Shown piece after piece: positions 8,545 through 17,180 of a stretch of 32,000 bases of DNA; position 1 is the first letter of the stretch, and each line of letters begins with the position of its first letter. Source of the stretch: Gemmata obscuriglobus (GTDB lineage Bacteria > Planctomycetota > Planctomycetia > Gemmatales > Gemmataceae); NCBI RefSeq assembly GCF_008065095.1, contig NZ_CP042911.1:5550001-5582000 (forward strand), read 5' to 3'. Made by a program: the position numbers and the translations under genes. The notes beneath the pieces were generated by a model. It saw only the letters and a program-made list of their open reading frames with translations, was not told where the DNA came from and did no database searches.

Positions 8545-8766
8545 AATCCCTCATAACTCTGAAAGACTAGACACCCTAATACATGTCGCTTATTTACAAA
8601 TAGATTAAAACATAACGTTATGAATCCGCTCCTCACCAACTGTTGATACGCGGCCGCATCACCTGTGAACTCCTACGGAAGAATTATTGCTCGGGGCGGA
8701 ACGGGCTGCGCGGTTCGGGCTCAAACTGCCAGATGCCGGGGGTCCGGAGTTTCACTCGTCAGCCAC

Positions 8767-9180
8767 TCACTCCTTCGGCACCTCCACCACGAACTCGAAG
8801 ATGTGCTCCTTCCCGGGTTTCACTTCGCGCTCGATGCCGGACATGTCGGGGCGCGCCAGTTTCGTTGGAAACAGTGACGCCGGCCCGGATGTCGGAGTTG
8901 GAGCTGGAGTCAACGCGACCCGATACCAGCCCGGTGGAATCTCGGCCGCTTGATCGAAGCTCAAAGCGTAGGCTCCGTCGGGTCCGGTTTCTGCGTAAGC
9001 AGCTTTGCCAGCCCCGCCGCGATCCGGGTGCGGCGTGAACACCACCAACCCGCCCGCTACGGGTTGCCCGTTCAATAAGACGCGGCCCCGCACGGTCGCA
9101 GGACTCACCTGCGGGGCCGACGAGTCACACCCCACAACGAGCGCAGAGGCGAAAAAGGGCACGTAAAAAGTCAGTTTCAT
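8767..9180 (-). CDS. Small lipoprotein with carboxypeptidase-regulatory-like (Ig-like beta-sandwich) domain
   Basis: The ATG at 9180 gives the signal and lipobox MKLTFYVPFFASALVVGC. VRGRVLLNGQPVAGGLVVFTPHP....AETGPDGAYAL is typical of CarboxypepD_reg-like domains common in Planctomycetota. Confidence 0.65.
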   Translation of the reverse strand: MKLTFYVPFFASALVVGCDSSAPQVSPATVRGRVLLNGQPVAGGLVVFTPHPDRGGAGKAAYAETGPDGAYALSFDQAAEIPPGWYRVALTPAPTPTSGPASLFPTKLARPDMSGIEREVKPGKEHIFEFVVEVPKE

Positions 9181-9325
9181 AAGGTTTAAGTCCCGCCGAC
9201 GGCCGACTCCTGCCCAAATTGACATCGACCGAATTGCCCACGCCGGTTTAAGGTGTCGCGGCCTCGTAACCTTAGCGCGTTGATTTCACGCCAAATACTC
9301 GCGCAGGCGGCACCTGCCCTTAGCA

Positions 9326-9354
9326 TTGACGCCCCCGAAATGATTGGGTATCTA
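9326..9354 (+). promoter_or_regulatory. Candidate sigma70-like promoter TTGACG-17 nt-TATCTA upstream of skp
   Basis: Hexamers and 17-nt spacing read directly, about 160 nt upstream of the GTG start at 9515. That start is preceded by an AAGGAGG Shine-Dalgarno sequence. Promoter consensus in this phylum is uncertain. Confidence 0.2.
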
Positions 9355-9514
9355 CGCTCGCCACGGCACCTGAGAGAAATGCGGACGGCACGGCCGAAAG
9401 CGATGATTCGCACGGCTTTAACGCCCGTGTTACCTGTGCAGCGAGCCGAGGAGGAGCGGCCGCGGGGACCGGAACCCCTGCGGCGCCCGGAGCGGATTCA
9501 AGGAGGAGTGAACA

Positions 9515-10273
9515 GTGAAGAGGACGTGGATGCTCCTGTCGGGGTTGCTCGGGGTCGCGGGCACGGTCGGCCTCGCCAGCGCCCAGCCCCCGGCCCCCGG
9601 CGCCGCCGCGCCGCCCGCCGGCGCCCCTGCTGGCGCTCCGGCCACACGGCCGACGGTCGCGGTGTTCAACATGGCCGGAGTCATGCGCGACTTCGGGCAG
9701 GCGAAATACCAGGTTCACCTGCTCAACACGCGCAAAAACGAGATGTCCAAGCAGTTGCTCGGCTGGCGCGGCGAGTACATTCAGATCCAGCAGGACCTTC
9801 AGAAAAACCAGAACCCGCCGGACAAGGAGCAAAAGGTCCAGCGCATGCTCGCGCTGAGCCGCGCCATTGAGGACGAGGACCGCAAGATCAACAAGCAGCT
9901 CAACGACGACGCCAGCGCGATCATTTCGGACCTCTACGACAAGATCAAAATGGTCGTGGACAAGACCGCCGAGATGAACGGCTACCACATCGTGTTCGCC
10001 TACCCCGACGCGGTGACCGCCGAAGAGTTGAAGAGCCCGTACATCAAGGAGCTGAAGCTCAAGCCGCCGGCGGCCCAACCGTTCTACGTGGCCGGCCACG
10101 CGGACATCACCGGCATCGTGGTCAAGACGCTCAACACGTGGTACCAGCCGAAGGACGCCCAGGGCAACGTGATCGACGTGAGCAAACTCGACATCCCGGC
10201 CCCGGCCCCGGGCAGCAGCGGCCTGCCCGGCGGCAGCGCGCAACCGCCGGCCGGCGCGCAACAGAAACCGTAA
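9515..10273 (+). CDS. skp: OmpH/Skp-family periplasmic chaperone
   Basis: Has a signal peptide (MKRTWMLLSGLLGVAGTVGLASA) and a Pro/Ala linker. A coiled-coil-like body follows (FGQAKYQVHLLNTRKNEMSKQLLGWRGEYIQIQQDL...DEDRKINKQLNDDASAIISDLYDKIKMVVDKTAEMNGYHIVF), typical of OmpH. Confidence 0.75.
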   Translation: MKRTWMLLSGLLGVAGTVGLASAQPPAPGAAAPPAGAPAGAPATRPTVAVFNMAGVMRDFGQAKYQVHLLNTRKNEMSKQLLGWRGEYIQIQQDLQKNQNPPDKEQKVQRMLALSRAIEDEDRKINKQLNDDASAIISDLYDKIKMVVDKTAEMNGYHIVFAYPDAVTAEELKSPYIKELKLKPPAAQPFYVAGHADITGIVVKTLNTWYQPKDAQGNVIDVSKLDIPAPAPGSSGLPGGSAQPPAGAQQKP

Positions 10274-10331
10274 CGGCCCGACCGGTACCGGGTTCCGGGT
10301 CGGAGACACGGAATGCGGAACTTGGGGCTCA

Positions 10332-11351
10332 TTGAGCGGCGGTCACGGTGCCGATAGTGAGGGCACCGTGACCGTCCCGAACCGCAACGCGGCTCTCACC
10401 CGATTCGGAACGGTTACGCCAGGGAAGGCGGACATCGTGCGCGTCATCGGCTATCGCCACCAACGAACTATCAACGCGCCGGCGACCGTCGAGGGCGTCG
10501 GGTTCATCACCGGCTCGCGCGTGCGGTTGCGGTTCCTGCCGGCCGCGACGGACACCGGGGTCGCGTTCCGTCGCACCGACCTGCCCGGCTCGCCGACCGT
10601 CCTCGCCCGCGCCGCCGGCGTGAGCGGCACCCAGCGCCGGACCACCCTCGGCCAACATAACACCACGATCACGCTCGTCGAGCACGCGCTGGCCTCGCTC
10701 GCCGGGCTTCGCGTCGACAACTGCTTGGTCGAACTCGACGGCCCCGAGCCGCCGGGACTGGACGGCTCCGCCGCGGGGTTCGTGTCGGCGCTCGCGGAGG
10801 CCGGCACGGTCACGCAGTACGCCCGCCGGCCGATCTACGGCCCGACCCACCCGATCATTGTGCGCACCCCGGGCGCGACGCTCGGGTTGCACCCCGCGCC
10901 GGGCACCGAGCTGCGGATCAGCTACCGGCTGGACTACGGCCCGGGCGCGCCGATTCTGCCGCAGACGCACACGCTCGCGGTCACGCCGGACAGCTTCGTC
11001 GGCGAGATCAGCCGCTGCCGCACGTTCCTCACCGAGGCCGAGGCCGGTGGGCTGCGCGCCCAAGGGGTCGGAAAGCACCTCACGGGCGCGGACCTGTTGG
11101 TGTTCGGCCCGCGCGGCCCGATCGACAACACCGTGCGGTACGCCGACGAACCGGCCCGCCACAAGATCCTGGACCTGATCGGCGACCTGGCGCTGTGCGG
11201 GTTCGACCTCGCCGGGCACGTGGTGGCGTACCGGTCTGGGCACTCGCTGAACGTGGAACTGGCCCGCGCACTGGCGTGCGCGGCCGCCGGCCCCGAAGCC
11301 CGCAAGCCCTCCGGGCGCATAGTCGGCAAGCCGGCCCACCGCGCGGCGTGA
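10332..11351 (+). CDS. lpxC: UDP-3-O-acyl-N-acetylglucosamine deacetylase LpxC
   Basis: QRTINAPATVEGVGFITGSRVRLRFLPA aligns with the E. coli LpxC N-terminus. TLVEHALASLAGL carries the catalytic E-H pair and ARHKILDLIGDLAL is the HKxxD zinc motif. The real start is probably downstream of the listed TTG, for example the in-frame GTG at 10437. Confidence 0.9.
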   Translation: MSGGHGADSEGTVTVPNRNAALTRFGTVTPGKADIVRVIGYRHQRTINAPATVEGVGFITGSRVRLRFLPAATDTGVAFRRTDLPGSPTVLARAAGVSGTQRRTTLGQHNTTITLVEHALASLAGLRVDNCLVELDGPEPPGLDGSAAGFVSALAEAGTVTQYARRPIYGPTHPIIVRTPGATLGLHPAPGTELRISYRLDYGPGAPILPQTHTLAVTPDSFVGEISRCRTFLTEAEAGGLRAQGVGKHLTGADLLVFGPRGPIDNTVRYADEPARHKILDLIGDLALCGFDLAGHVVAYRSGHSLNVELARALACAAAGPEARKPSGRIVGKPAHRAA

Positions 11352-11405
11352 GGCTGCCGACTTCGACCTTACGACCTTCGACTCTACGACTTTGACGGGT
11401 GCGAC

Positions 11406-12506
11406 ATGGATCGTTTGCGGATGGCGGTGATCGGCGTCGGACACTTGGGCCAGCACCACGCCCGCATCCTCGCGAACATGGCGGACGTCGATCTGGTCGG
11501 CGTTGTCGATGCCAACGTCGAGCAGGCCCGCGCAATCGCCACCAAATTCGGCACCACCCCGTTCGGCGACATCCGACCGCTGGTCGGAAAGGTCGACGCG
11601 GTGAGCGTGGTGACCCCCACGATTCACCACCACGCGGTCGCGTCCACGTTCCTGAAGGCCGGGGTGCCGGTCCTGGTGGAAAAGCCGATCTGCCGGACCG
11701 TTGCCGAAGCCGACGAACTGATCGACCTGGCGGACAAGGCCGGTGTGCCGCTCCAAGTGGGCCACATCGAGCGGTTCAACCCGGCGTTCGAAGAACTCGT
11801 CAAGCGGCCCATCCGCGCCAAGTTCGTCGAAGCCGAACGGCACGGACCGTTCACCGGCCGCTCGGTTGACATCGGCGCCGTGCTCGACCTGATGATCCAC
11901 GACCTCGACCTGCTCCTCGCCCTCGTCGGCGGGAAGGTGATGCGGGTGTCCGCGGTGGGTGCGGTGGTGTTCGGCGGGCATGAGGACATGGTTAACGCCC
12001 GGCTGGAGTTCGACAACGGGTGCATCGCGCACGTGACCGCGAGCCGCATCACCCGCCACCCGAAGCGCCGGCTCCGCATCTGGGCGCCGGAGGGCTACGC
12101 GGGCATCGACTTCGTGACCCGCAAGCTCGCCCTGGTGCAGCAGAGCGAAGAGGTGCGCAAGCACGGCCTCTGCGTCGAATCGCTCGACCCCCTGTCCCGG
12201 GCGCGCCTCAAGGACGAGGTGTTCGGGCGCTACTTGCAGGTCCTCAACCTCGACGGCGACCGCAAGCAGGACCAGCTCACGGCCGAGCTGCGCCACTTCA
12301 TCGACTGCGTGCGCACCAACACGACCCCGCGGGTGACCGGGGTCGACGGGCGTAACGCGCTGGAACTCGCCGAGCGCGTGCTCGACGCGCTGCGGGTCCA
12401 CCCGTGGGAAGGAACCCCGGCCGGCCCGCACGGCCCCGGCGGGTTGCCGACCCCCGCCGGCTTCCTGTTCCCGCCGATTCAGCTCGCACGTCCCGAGGCG
12501 GCGTAG
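11406..12506 (+). CDS. Gfo/Idh/MocA-family NAD(P)-dependent oxidoreductase
   Basis: Rossmann N-terminus LRMAVIGVGHLGQHHARILA, then VLVEKPICRTVAEADELIDLADKAGVPLQVGHIERFNPAF (the EKP motif of the family). It starts 54 nt after the lpxC stop. Confidence 0.9.
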   Translation: MDRLRMAVIGVGHLGQHHARILANMADVDLVGVVDANVEQARAIATKFGTTPFGDIRPLVGKVDAVSVVTPTIHHHAVASTFLKAGVPVLVEKPICRTVAEADELIDLADKAGVPLQVGHIERFNPAFEELVKRPIRAKFVEAERHGPFTGRSVDIGAVLDLMIHDLDLLLALVGGKVMRVSAVGAVVFGGHEDMVNARLEFDNGCIAHVTASRITRHPKRRLRIWAPEGYAGIDFVTRKLALVQQSEEVRKHGLCVESLDPLSRARLKDEVFGRYLQVLNLDGDRKQDQLTAELRHFIDCVRTNTTPRVTGVDGRNALELAERVLDALRVHPWEGTPAGPHGPGGLPTPAGFLFPPIQLARPEAA

Positions 12507-12703
12507 CGATCGCCGCGACGCACACGAGAACGAGCGTTCGGCGCGATCCTCCGGCGCGCCCTTCCCAAATGCTACCACTGTCGGCACTCCGATCATTTCC
12601 GCACCCATTTCCATGCGTGCGGCAGTATTGGAAGCTTGGGTTACCCGCGGCCGCGTCAAGAGCATCGGGTTCCCGTTCTGAAGCCGCTTATCAGTAAAAT
12701 CTG

Positions 12704-12889
12704 TTACAGTAACAATTTGCGTCGTGCTCTTTGGATCGCGCCCGCCTCGGTCTTCATCCATCCGAGGAGTAATTCGAGTTTTGCCGGCGCGATTCGGTGG
12801 TAGCGGCCGGCCAGCCATCCGGTAGCGAATCGGTAGTTCTCGCACCAGCGAATCGCCCGTCCGTACCCCAGCAGTCCACTCTCATACAT
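12704..12889 (-). CDS. Orphan 61-aa ORF, unknown function; possibly the 3-prime remnant of a disrupted gene
   Basis: ORF MYESGLLGYGRAIRWCENYRFATGWLAGRYHRIAPAKLELLLGWMKTEAGAIQRARRKLLL. The amino-acid composition looks protein-like and G+C looks lower than in the neighbouring genes. Its start abuts the 12912-12984 palindrome. I recognise no family. Confidence 0.25.
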   Translation of the reverse strand: MYESGLLGYGRAIRWCENYRFATGWLAGRYHRIAPAKLELLLGWMKTEAGAIQRARRKLLL

Positions 12890-12911
12890 GAGCCCACCTG
12901 CGGTGTCGCTT

Positions 12912-12984
12912 TTCTTGACGAGCCGCGACCGCCAGGGAGCGGGATACGTGGCACCGCTCCCTGGCGGTCGCGGCTCGTCAAGAA
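12912..12984. repeat. Perfect 31-bp inverted repeat (32 with the flanking T:A pair) with an 11-nt loop
   Basis: TTCTTGACGAGCCGCGACCGCCAGGGAGCGG (12912-12942), loop gatacgtggca, then CCGCTCCCTGGCGGTCGCGGCTCGTCAAGAA (12954-12984). The reverse complement was verified base by base. Confidence 0.9.
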
Positions 12985-13049
12985 AGCGGCAGTATTACCG
13001 GGTACGTGTATCAGGCCAAAGGTGTAACCCCCGTTACACTCGTTCCTAA

Positions 13050-13308
13050 AGAGCTTCTTCTGGGCACTCAGACACGTACCCGGTGATACGGCCGCAGCGC
13101 TGTACGGCAAAAAGATCACGTTCCCTGGTTCGGTCTCGCGCGACTTCGCGTAGAGGTCGAACCCGAACGCATTGTTGCAGTCCGCAACCGCTTGCATATC
13201 GCCCGATTACTCGACTGGCGTTGCGGTTTTGCGGGTCCACGTCCACCAGATGCCGCACGCAGTCACGACCGGCAGAACCGCCCCCACAACCAGCAGTCCC
13301 TTGCGCAT
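13050..13308 (-). pseudogene. Serpin N-terminal remnant (signal peptide plus first serpin block), disrupted and truncated
   Basis: The ATG at 13308 encodes MRKGLLVVGAVLPVVTACGIWWTWTRKTATPVE followed by a stop (lipoprotein-type signal). Ten nt further on, in a different frame, comes AVADCNNAFGFDLYAKSRETEPGNVIFLPYS. That matches the serpin N-terminal pattern (N.FafdLy......NvifSPyS). No serpin body or reactive-centre loop follows. Confidence 0.45.
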
Positions 13309-13422
13309 CGGTCCGCCCTTCGGGTGGAACGGCCGGCCCTGCCGGCGAAGATCACCAATCACTACCCAACCGATGGCAGCCGCGTGTCAACGGTTTGCGC
13401 GAGTTGGTAAAATGCCGGTCTC

Positions 13423-14487
13423 GTGCTTCAACCGCCTTCAGGAGCCGCACCGGTGGCACAGGACCGCTTCACAGAGTACCTTAACCAGTTTGCGGCCGAC
13501 CGCGCGGCCATGCTCGACCAGCTCCGCACCGTCGTCGTCGGGCAGAGCGAAGTCATCGAACAGGTTTTGGCCGCCATCTTCACCCGCGGGCACTGCCTCC
13601 TCGTCGGCGTTCCGGGCCTCGCCAAAACCCTGATGGTCAGTTCGATCGCCCAGATCCTGAACATCCAGTTCAAACGGGTACAGTTCACCCCCGACCTGAT
13701 GCCCTCGGACATCACCGGCACCACGATCCTCGACGAAACGGCCGAGGGGAAGCGCGAGTTCCGGTTCGTCCGCGGCCCCATCTTTGCGAACATCGTTCTG
13801 GCCGACGAAATCAACCGGACCCCGCCGAAAACGCAAGCGTCGCTGCTGGAAGCGATGCAGGAGCGTCAGGTGACGGCCGGCCAGGAGTCGATGAAGCTGC
13901 CGGAACCGTTCTTCGTGATCGCGACCCAGAACCCGATCGAGCAAGAGGGCACCTACCCACTTCCCGAAGCCCAACTCGACCGGTTCATGTTCAACGTGAA
14001 GGTCGGCTACCCCACGCTGGAAGACGAGCGGCTCATCGTGGAGATGAGCACCCGCCCGGAGAAGCCCGAACTCACGAAGGTGCTCTCGGCCGAGCGCATC
14101 CTGGCCTGGCAGAAGTTGGTGAAGAAGGTCGAGGTTCCGAACTTCGTTCACGACTTCATCGTGAAACTGGTCCGGGCGACGCGCCCGAAGGAGCCCGGCG
14201 CCCCGGACCTCATTAAGCGCCTGGTGGACTGGGGTGCCGGCCCCCGCGCGGGCATCTTTCTCGCTCAGGCGGGTCAGGCCTTCGCAGCGATGGACGGCCG
14301 CCCGAGCGTTGCCATCAACGACATCAAGAAGGCGGCGATCCCCGTGCTCCGGCACCGCGTCAGCGCGAACTTCCAGGCCCAGGCCGAGGGGCGCAACAGC
14401 GACGACATCGTTGCGGAGCTGCTGAAAATCGTCAGCGAACCCGAACCCAAGAAGTACGTCGAGAAAGAGAAAGGTCGGAAGGCGTAA
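13423..14487 (+). CDS. MoxR-family AAA+ ATPase
   Basis: VVGQSEVIEQVLAAIFTRGHCLLVGVPGLAKTLMVSSIAQIL (Walker A GVPGLAKT), ANIVLADEINRTPPKTQASLLEAMQERQVT (Walker B / sensor context) and FFVIATQNPIEQEGTYPLPEAQLDRF are all diagnostic of MoxR (AAA_3). GTG start. Confidence 0.9.
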   Translation: MLQPPSGAAPVAQDRFTEYLNQFAADRAAMLDQLRTVVVGQSEVIEQVLAAIFTRGHCLLVGVPGLAKTLMVSSIAQILNIQFKRVQFTPDLMPSDITGTTILDETAEGKREFRFVRGPIFANIVLADEINRTPPKTQASLLEAMQERQVTAGQESMKLPEPFFVIATQNPIEQEGTYPLPEAQLDRFMFNVKVGYPTLEDERLIVEMSTRPEKPELTKVLSAERILAWQKLVKKVEVPNFVHDFIVKLVRATRPKEPGAPDLIKRLVDWGAGPRAGIFLAQAGQAFAAMDGRPSVAINDIKKAAIPVLRHRVSANFQAQAEGRNSDDIVAELLKIVSEPEPKKYVEKEKGRKA

Positions 14488-14996
14488 TGTCGAAGGCCGT
14501 CGTGGCACAGGTTTTCGACTCACGCCCCGGGGTTCAACGCATGTGGTATCGCGTATTCGGTTCGTCTCAGACCGAGCCCGCGCCTGCGGGTCTCGCCGAG
14601 CACCTCCACGCACTCGGGCTGGCGGTCGAGCCCCACTTCCGGGGCGACGACCTCGGCTGGACCGAAGGTGCGTTGCGCCTGCCCAGCGGCGCGGTGGTGC
14701 AATTGTCGCGGTATCTCACGAAAGAGGACGATTTGCGCGACGACCTGAACGCCCACGCGGCCGAGCTGGAAACGATGGAGGGTAACCCACACGCGACACA
14801 ACTGATGGAACGCGTGATTCAGACGCAGCAGCTCATCACGCTCCGCAAACCGACGGAAGGATCGGACGAAGCGGTCGTGGACCGCACGCTGGAAGAGGCC
14901 GCGCGGTTCCTGGCGTCCGCAACTATCGGCGTGTACCAGGCCGACAGCCGCGGGTGGTTCGCGGCGTCGGGCGAGTTGCTGGTCCGGGAGCAGTAA
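14487..14996 (+). CDS. Hypothetical 169-aa protein; its start overlaps the MoxR stop (TAATG)
   Basis: The ATG at 14487 shares its A with the MoxR TAA stop (14485-14487). Codon and amino-acid usage look like genuine coding sequence. There is no signal peptide or TM segment, and I recognise no family. An alternative internal start is M19 (MWYRVFG). Confidence 0.65.
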   Translation: MSKAVVAQVFDSRPGVQRMWYRVFGSSQTEPAPAGLAEHLHALGLAVEPHFRGDDLGWTEGALRLPSGAVVQLSRYLTKEDDLRDDLNAHAAELETMEGNPHATQLMERVIQTQQLITLRKPTEGSDEAVVDRTLEEAARFLASATIGVYQADSRGWFAASGELLVREQ

Positions 14997-15073
14997 TCGT
15001 TTCGCCGCGAGTTCGAGTTCGACACACGTCACTTGAACGTTGTCACGTTTCGCGGTCGGTCCACGCGCAGGAG

Positions 15074-15101
15074 CGGGCTGTCAAGAAGCTCTGACAGCCC
15101 G
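15074..15101. terminator. Hairpin between convergent genes (CGGGCTGTCA-agaagctc-TGACAGCCCG)
   Basis: 10-bp perfect stem read directly. It lies between the stop at 14996 (+) and the acs stop at 15118 (-). Confidence 0.4.
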
Positions 15102-15117
15102 GCAACAACTCATCAGA

Positions 15118-17067
15118 TCACTCGTCGTCTTCGCGGAGCTTGGCGAGCACCGCGAAGTCTTCGAGCGTCGTGGCGTCACCGGTCGTCTGTCGGCCGGCGG
15201 CAATATCGCGTAGGAACCGGCGCATGATTTTCCCGCTGCGCGTTTTCGGCAGCGTTTCGCTGAACCGGACATCGTCCGGGCGGGCCAGAGCGCCGATGTT
15301 GTGAACCACGTGCGCTTTGAGTTCGGTCTTCAATTCGTCCGACGGGTTGGTCCCCTGCTTCAGCGTTACGAAGCAGACGATGCCCTCGCCCTTCAGATCG
15401 TCGGGCCGGCCGACGACGGCCGCCTCTGCGACCTTCGGGTGCTGCACGAGGGCACTTTCGACCTCCATCGTGCTGAGCCGGTGCCCGCTCACGTTGAGCA
15501 CGTCGTCCACGCGACCCATCACCCAGATGTACCCGTCCTCGTCCTGACGGGCGCCGTCCGCGGTGAAGTACACGCCCGGGTAGTTGCTCCAGTACGTGGC
15601 CTTGTAGCGCTCGTCGTCGCCGTAGATCGTCCGCATCATGCTCGGCCACGGCCGCTTCACCACGAGGAACCCGCCGGAGCCCGCGGGCACGGGATGGCCC
15701 TGCTTGTCCACCACCTCGGCCTGGATGCCGGGCAACGGTTTGGTCGCGCTGCCGGGCTTCGTGGCGACCGCCCCCGGAAGCGGCGAAATCATGATCGCGC
15801 CGGTTTCCGTCTGCCACCACGTGTCCACAATCGGGCACCGACCGCCGCCGATCACGTTGTGATACCAGATCCACGCCTCGGGGTTGATCGGCTCGCCCAC
15901 GCTGCCCAAGAGCCGCAGCGACGACAGGTCGTGGGCCTTCGGGTGCTGGTCGCCCCACTTGATGAACGCCCGGATCGCGGTCGGGGCGGTGTAAAGGATG
16001 GTCACCTTGTACTTGGCGACGATCTCCCAGAACCGGTCCTCGCGCGGCTGGTTCGGGGCGCCTTCGTACATCACCACCGTCGCGCCGTTGCACAGCGGAC
16101 CGTACACGATGTAGCTGTGGCCGGTGATCCAGCCCACGTCGGCGGTACACCAGTAAACGTCGTCTTCCTTGATGTCGAACACCCACTTGTGCGTGAGCGA
16201 GGTGCCGAGCAGGTACCCGCCGGTGGTGTGCAGCACGCCCTTCGGCTTGCCGGTGCTACCGCTCGTGTAGAGGATGAACAGCGGGTGCTCACTGTCCAGC
16301 TCCTCCGCCGGGCAGTCCGCGCTGGCGTCGGCGACCAGGTCGTGCCACCAGACGTCGCGCCCGGGCTTCATCTCCACCGCGGTGTTGCACCGGTTCAGCA
16401 CCACGCACTTCTGGACCGACGGCGATTTCTCCAGCGCGGCATCGACGTTCGCCTTCAGCGGGACCACCTTCCCGCGGCGCCAGCCGCCGTCCGCGGTGAT
16501 GACCAGCTTCGACTGCGCGTCGTTGTTCCGGTCGGCGACGGCGTCCGCCGAGAACCCGCCGAACACCACCGAGTGCATGGCCCCGATGCGGGCACACGCC
16601 AGCATCGCGACGGCGGTCTCCGGCACCATCGGCATGTAGATCGTGACGCGGTCGCCCTTCCCGACCCCCAGCCCCTTCAGGGCGTTGGCGAACTTGCACA
16701 CCTCGCGGTGGAGCTGCTGGTACGTCAGGGTGCGCGTGTCGCCCGGCTCGCCCTCCCACACGATGGCGGCCTTGTTGCCGCGGGCCGCGAGGTGCCGGTC
16801 GAGGCAGTTGAAGCTGGCGTTGATCGTGCCGCCCACGAACCACTTCGCGTGGGGGACGTTCGTCCAGTCGAGAACGGCGTCCCAGGGCTTGAACCAGTGC
16901 AGCGACCGGCCCTGCTCCGCCCAGAACCCGTCGGGGTCCGACTTGGCCCACTCCGCGAGCCGCTCGCGCTCCGCCGCGTTCACATTCGCCTGGGCGACAA
17001 ACTCTGTCTGGGGGGGGAACTGCCGCGTTTCCTTCAGCACACTCGTGATGTTCTTGTCGGTCGACAT
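15118..17067 (-). CDS. acs: Acetyl-CoA synthetase (AMP-forming)
   Basis: Full-length similarity to Acs: [42 protein letters not shown] (AMP-binding motif), WWQTETG, and the C-terminal [12 protein letters not shown] with the acetylatable Lys. The ATG at 17067 ([10 protein letters not shown]) fits better than the listed upstream start at 17178. Confidence 0.95.
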   Translation of the reverse strand: MSTDKNITSVLKETRQFPPQTEFVAQANVNAAERERLAEWAKSDPDGFWAEQGRSLHWFKPWDAVLDWTNVPHAKWFVGGTINASFNCLDRHLAARGNKAAIVWEGEPGDTRTLTYQQLHREVCKFANALKGLGVGKGDRVTIYMPMVPETAVAMLACARIGAMHSVVFGGFSADAVADRNNDAQSKLVITADGGWRRGKVVPLKANVDAALEKSPSVQKCVVLNRCNTAVEMKPGRDVWWHDLVADASADCPAEELDSEHPLFILYTSGSTGKPKGVLHTTGGYLLGTSLTHKWVFDIKEDDVYWCTADVGWITGHSYIVYGPLCNGATVVMYEGAPNQPREDRFWEIVAKYKVTILYTAPTAIRAFIKWGDQHPKAHDLSSLRLLGSVGEPINPEAWIWYHNVIGGGRCPIVDTWWQTETGAIMISPLPGAVATKPGSATKPLPGIQAEVVDKQGHPVPAGSGGFLVVKRPWPSMMRTIYGDDERYKATYWSNYPGVYFTADGARQDEDGYIWVMGRVDDVLNVSGHRLSTMEVESALVQHPKVAEAAVVGRPDDLKGEGIVCFVTLKQGTNPSDELKTELKAHVVHNIGALARPDDVRFSETLPKTRSGKIMRRFLRDIAAGRQTTGDATTLEDFAVLAKLREDDE

Positions 17068-17180
17068 GTCCGGGTTCCTGGTCTTTCGTCCGGCGGGAGG
17101 GAGTGTCGGGTCCGGTTCGGTATAACACACCTGCCCCCGAGCACCAAGTATGAAGAGGCCCGCCGAGGACGAATCCACCG

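Noticed and set aside
10329-12845. 838-aa ORF on the minus strand spanning lpxC and the Gfo/Idh/MocA gene
   Set aside because: It is antisense to two genes with unambiguous family motifs. Its product is Arg/Gly/Ala/Pro-rich with no recognisable domain. Long stop-free antisense frames are expected in GC-rich DNA.
12704-12889. The 61-aa ORF as an antitoxin (DUF2384-like) or a group II intron maturase C-terminus
   Set aside because: It shares only vague W/G/R spacing with either family, and there is no adjacent toxin or reverse transcriptase gene. It is kept only as a low-confidence orphan ORF.
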